Shown here: piece after piece, positions 62,411 through 64,000 of the stretch
Position numbering within the stretch: the first letter of the stretch is position 1
Layout of the letters: each line of letters opens with the position of its first letter
Assembly (NCBI GenBank): GCA_013239625.1
Contig: MU053652.1
Span: 2,668,001 to 2,732,000 of the forward strand
Direction of reading: 5' to 3'
DNA length: 64,000 bases
DNA from: Lama guanicoe
Lineage: Eukaryota
Notes under the pieces: model-generated
What the model saw: only the letters and a program-made list of their open reading frames with translations
What the model was told of the DNA's origin: nothing
The model's database searches: none
Program-made: the position numbers and the translations under genes

Positions 62411-63524
62411 TGAAATGAAAGCTTGAGTGACTCAGCATAAACCCATTGGCACTCTTGGAAAAATAATTCAAAAGATGCATCTTTGAGGACATAGGTGGTC
62501 TGGTGGTTCCAGGTATGTGCTTGGACTAGGACTCAGAATCATGTTCACATTTGCCCTCAGATGCTCAGTATAAGCGACCAACGTTGTTAGAGATGTTGAT
62601 AGTGCCTCCAAAGTGCACCTTCGCATTTACTCACCCAACGTTACACAGCATTGGAACTCCAAGCTGATTTCTTCCACCACCTTCTCCTCCTCTCAAGTGG
62701 GTATGTCCCTTCCATACCCAGCTGGTCCCTCTGAGTGTAGAACAAATGTGCCTAATCTCCTGCCTCCAGGCAGTTTTCTTCAGAATCCCTCTTTACTCCC
62801 TTTGCAATTAGGTAAATAAGAGGAGGCAAAAAGGCAACTTGATGGTGGCCTCCACTGATGGCTTAGAGGGCCTAACAAAGATGTGCCAGGGCCAGGACTA
62901 GTGCTCACAAGCCTCCAGTTCTCAGTTTGAGGCACAGTAGAGCCCTATAAGAATATTTGACGATTCAAGAATTGGCTCTTACAAGCAACCATGTGACACT
63001 GCTGAGCCGTGCGAGACTGTTCCTGCAAGACATGACACGGTATAAGAAGATATTCTCTTCCCCTTTCTCCTCTACCGGCTCTCCTCCCAGTTAGAAATTA
63101 ATCATGGGACTTTCCAGGAAAGCACTGATGGCCTGGCTGGAAGACTTGAGAAACATCCAGTTGACCAGTGTTCTTGGGCACCTACAAACACATTTTTCAG
63201 CGCTTTGGTAGAATTTATAGCATCTTATTTTTTAATTAAGGGAATCCAGAGGTTACTGTATTTATAGCTCATTTCATACAATTTAACACTTTGTTCTCTG
63301 CTTGTTTCCTTATATAAAACTTGTATTTTTCTAATCTAGATCATGAACTCACTGAGGGCAGGGGTCATGTCTTGACTTCTTTTGAATCCTCTGACCAAAC
63401 ACAGAATGAAAGAGTGCAATACCAGTGGTCAAAGGGGAATGATCACAGGAGGATATCTGAAGTCCTGGGTAGCTTCTCTGCCTCTGCCCCCTTCAGCTGG
63501 GAATAAGGGCTGAAGGAAGCACAT

Positions 63525-63630
63525 AAGCCTCTGAAAAGCAATTTCCTCATCTTAAGACTGCCCCACTTACCTTACCAGTTTGTTGGGAGGATCAAATAAG
63601 ATAACGTATGTGAAAGTATCTTGTAAATCA
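63525..63630 (+). mobile_element. MIR 3' fragment
   Basis: tttcctcatc...gttgggaggatcaaataagataacgtatgtgaaagt. Confidence 0.7.
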
Positions 63631-64000
63631 AGATTTGCTAGCTACTGAAATGTGAGAAATCTTCAGTAGAAGCACTTAGTAAATATCTGATTGATTTTTA
63701 ACGATAAGTTATTATCTTACCTTCTCCCCTCTATTCAGTTCCTTTAGGGGTTTTATTTCTCAGAATTTAATTTTATCTGAGTAGCAAAGCCACTCCACAT
63801 CTTCTTGAAACTGTGTAAAATGTCCCCTAGTGCATTTCACCTGGTAGTTACTTTAAAATTTGATTGAAATCTAAGCAGACCAACCAAAAAGTCACAAAGC
63901 ATGCCATGGTCACATCTATCACATAGGGCTCCTAGATCAATGCATTTGTAACCCCCTAGGATTTCAGAACCCTTCTGTGCTACATCAACGCCCTCAAATT

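Noticed and set aside
1..64000. Inferring host-gene strand from repeat orientation
   Set aside because: L1 and LTR copies occur on both strands in similar numbers, so there is no usable bias and no gene could be named

Overview
This window is placental-mammal genomic DNA: AT-rich, CpG-depleted, with two N-gaps. It is most likely camelid, based on four tRNA-Ala-derived Vic-1-type SINEs and the absence of recognisable Alu, Bov-tA, PRE-1 or SINEC elements. I found no intact protein-coding gene, functional RNA gene or CRISPR array. The only ORF-track peptides with recognisable homology are decayed L1 ORF1p and ORF2p pieces and a possible Tigger transposase N-terminus. The window reads as intergenic or deep-intronic sequence layered with interspersed repeats: ancient L2, MIR, L3/CR1, MamSINE1 and a probable RTE-X/L4; MaLR (MLT1) LTRs; hAT MITEs (MER5A, MER20, MER58A); old L1M elements; ERV1-like LTR pieces; and younger L1 and SINE insertions whose target-site duplications (TSDs) can be read directly. 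The most notable items are repeat-free candidate regulatory blocks near 7.3, 23, 28, 31.5, 33.6-35.3 and 62.4 kb. One of these looks like a TATA promoter with a non-coding first exon. Also notable are a possible minus-strand spliced transcript, a SINE with a non-A 3' extension inside a perfect TSD, nested insertions, and a 522-N gap that looks artefactual. I could not identify a host gene and found no convincing novel biological system. Subfamily names come from recalled consensus motifs and need Dfam/RepeatMasker confirmation, and boundaries of old repeats are approximate.
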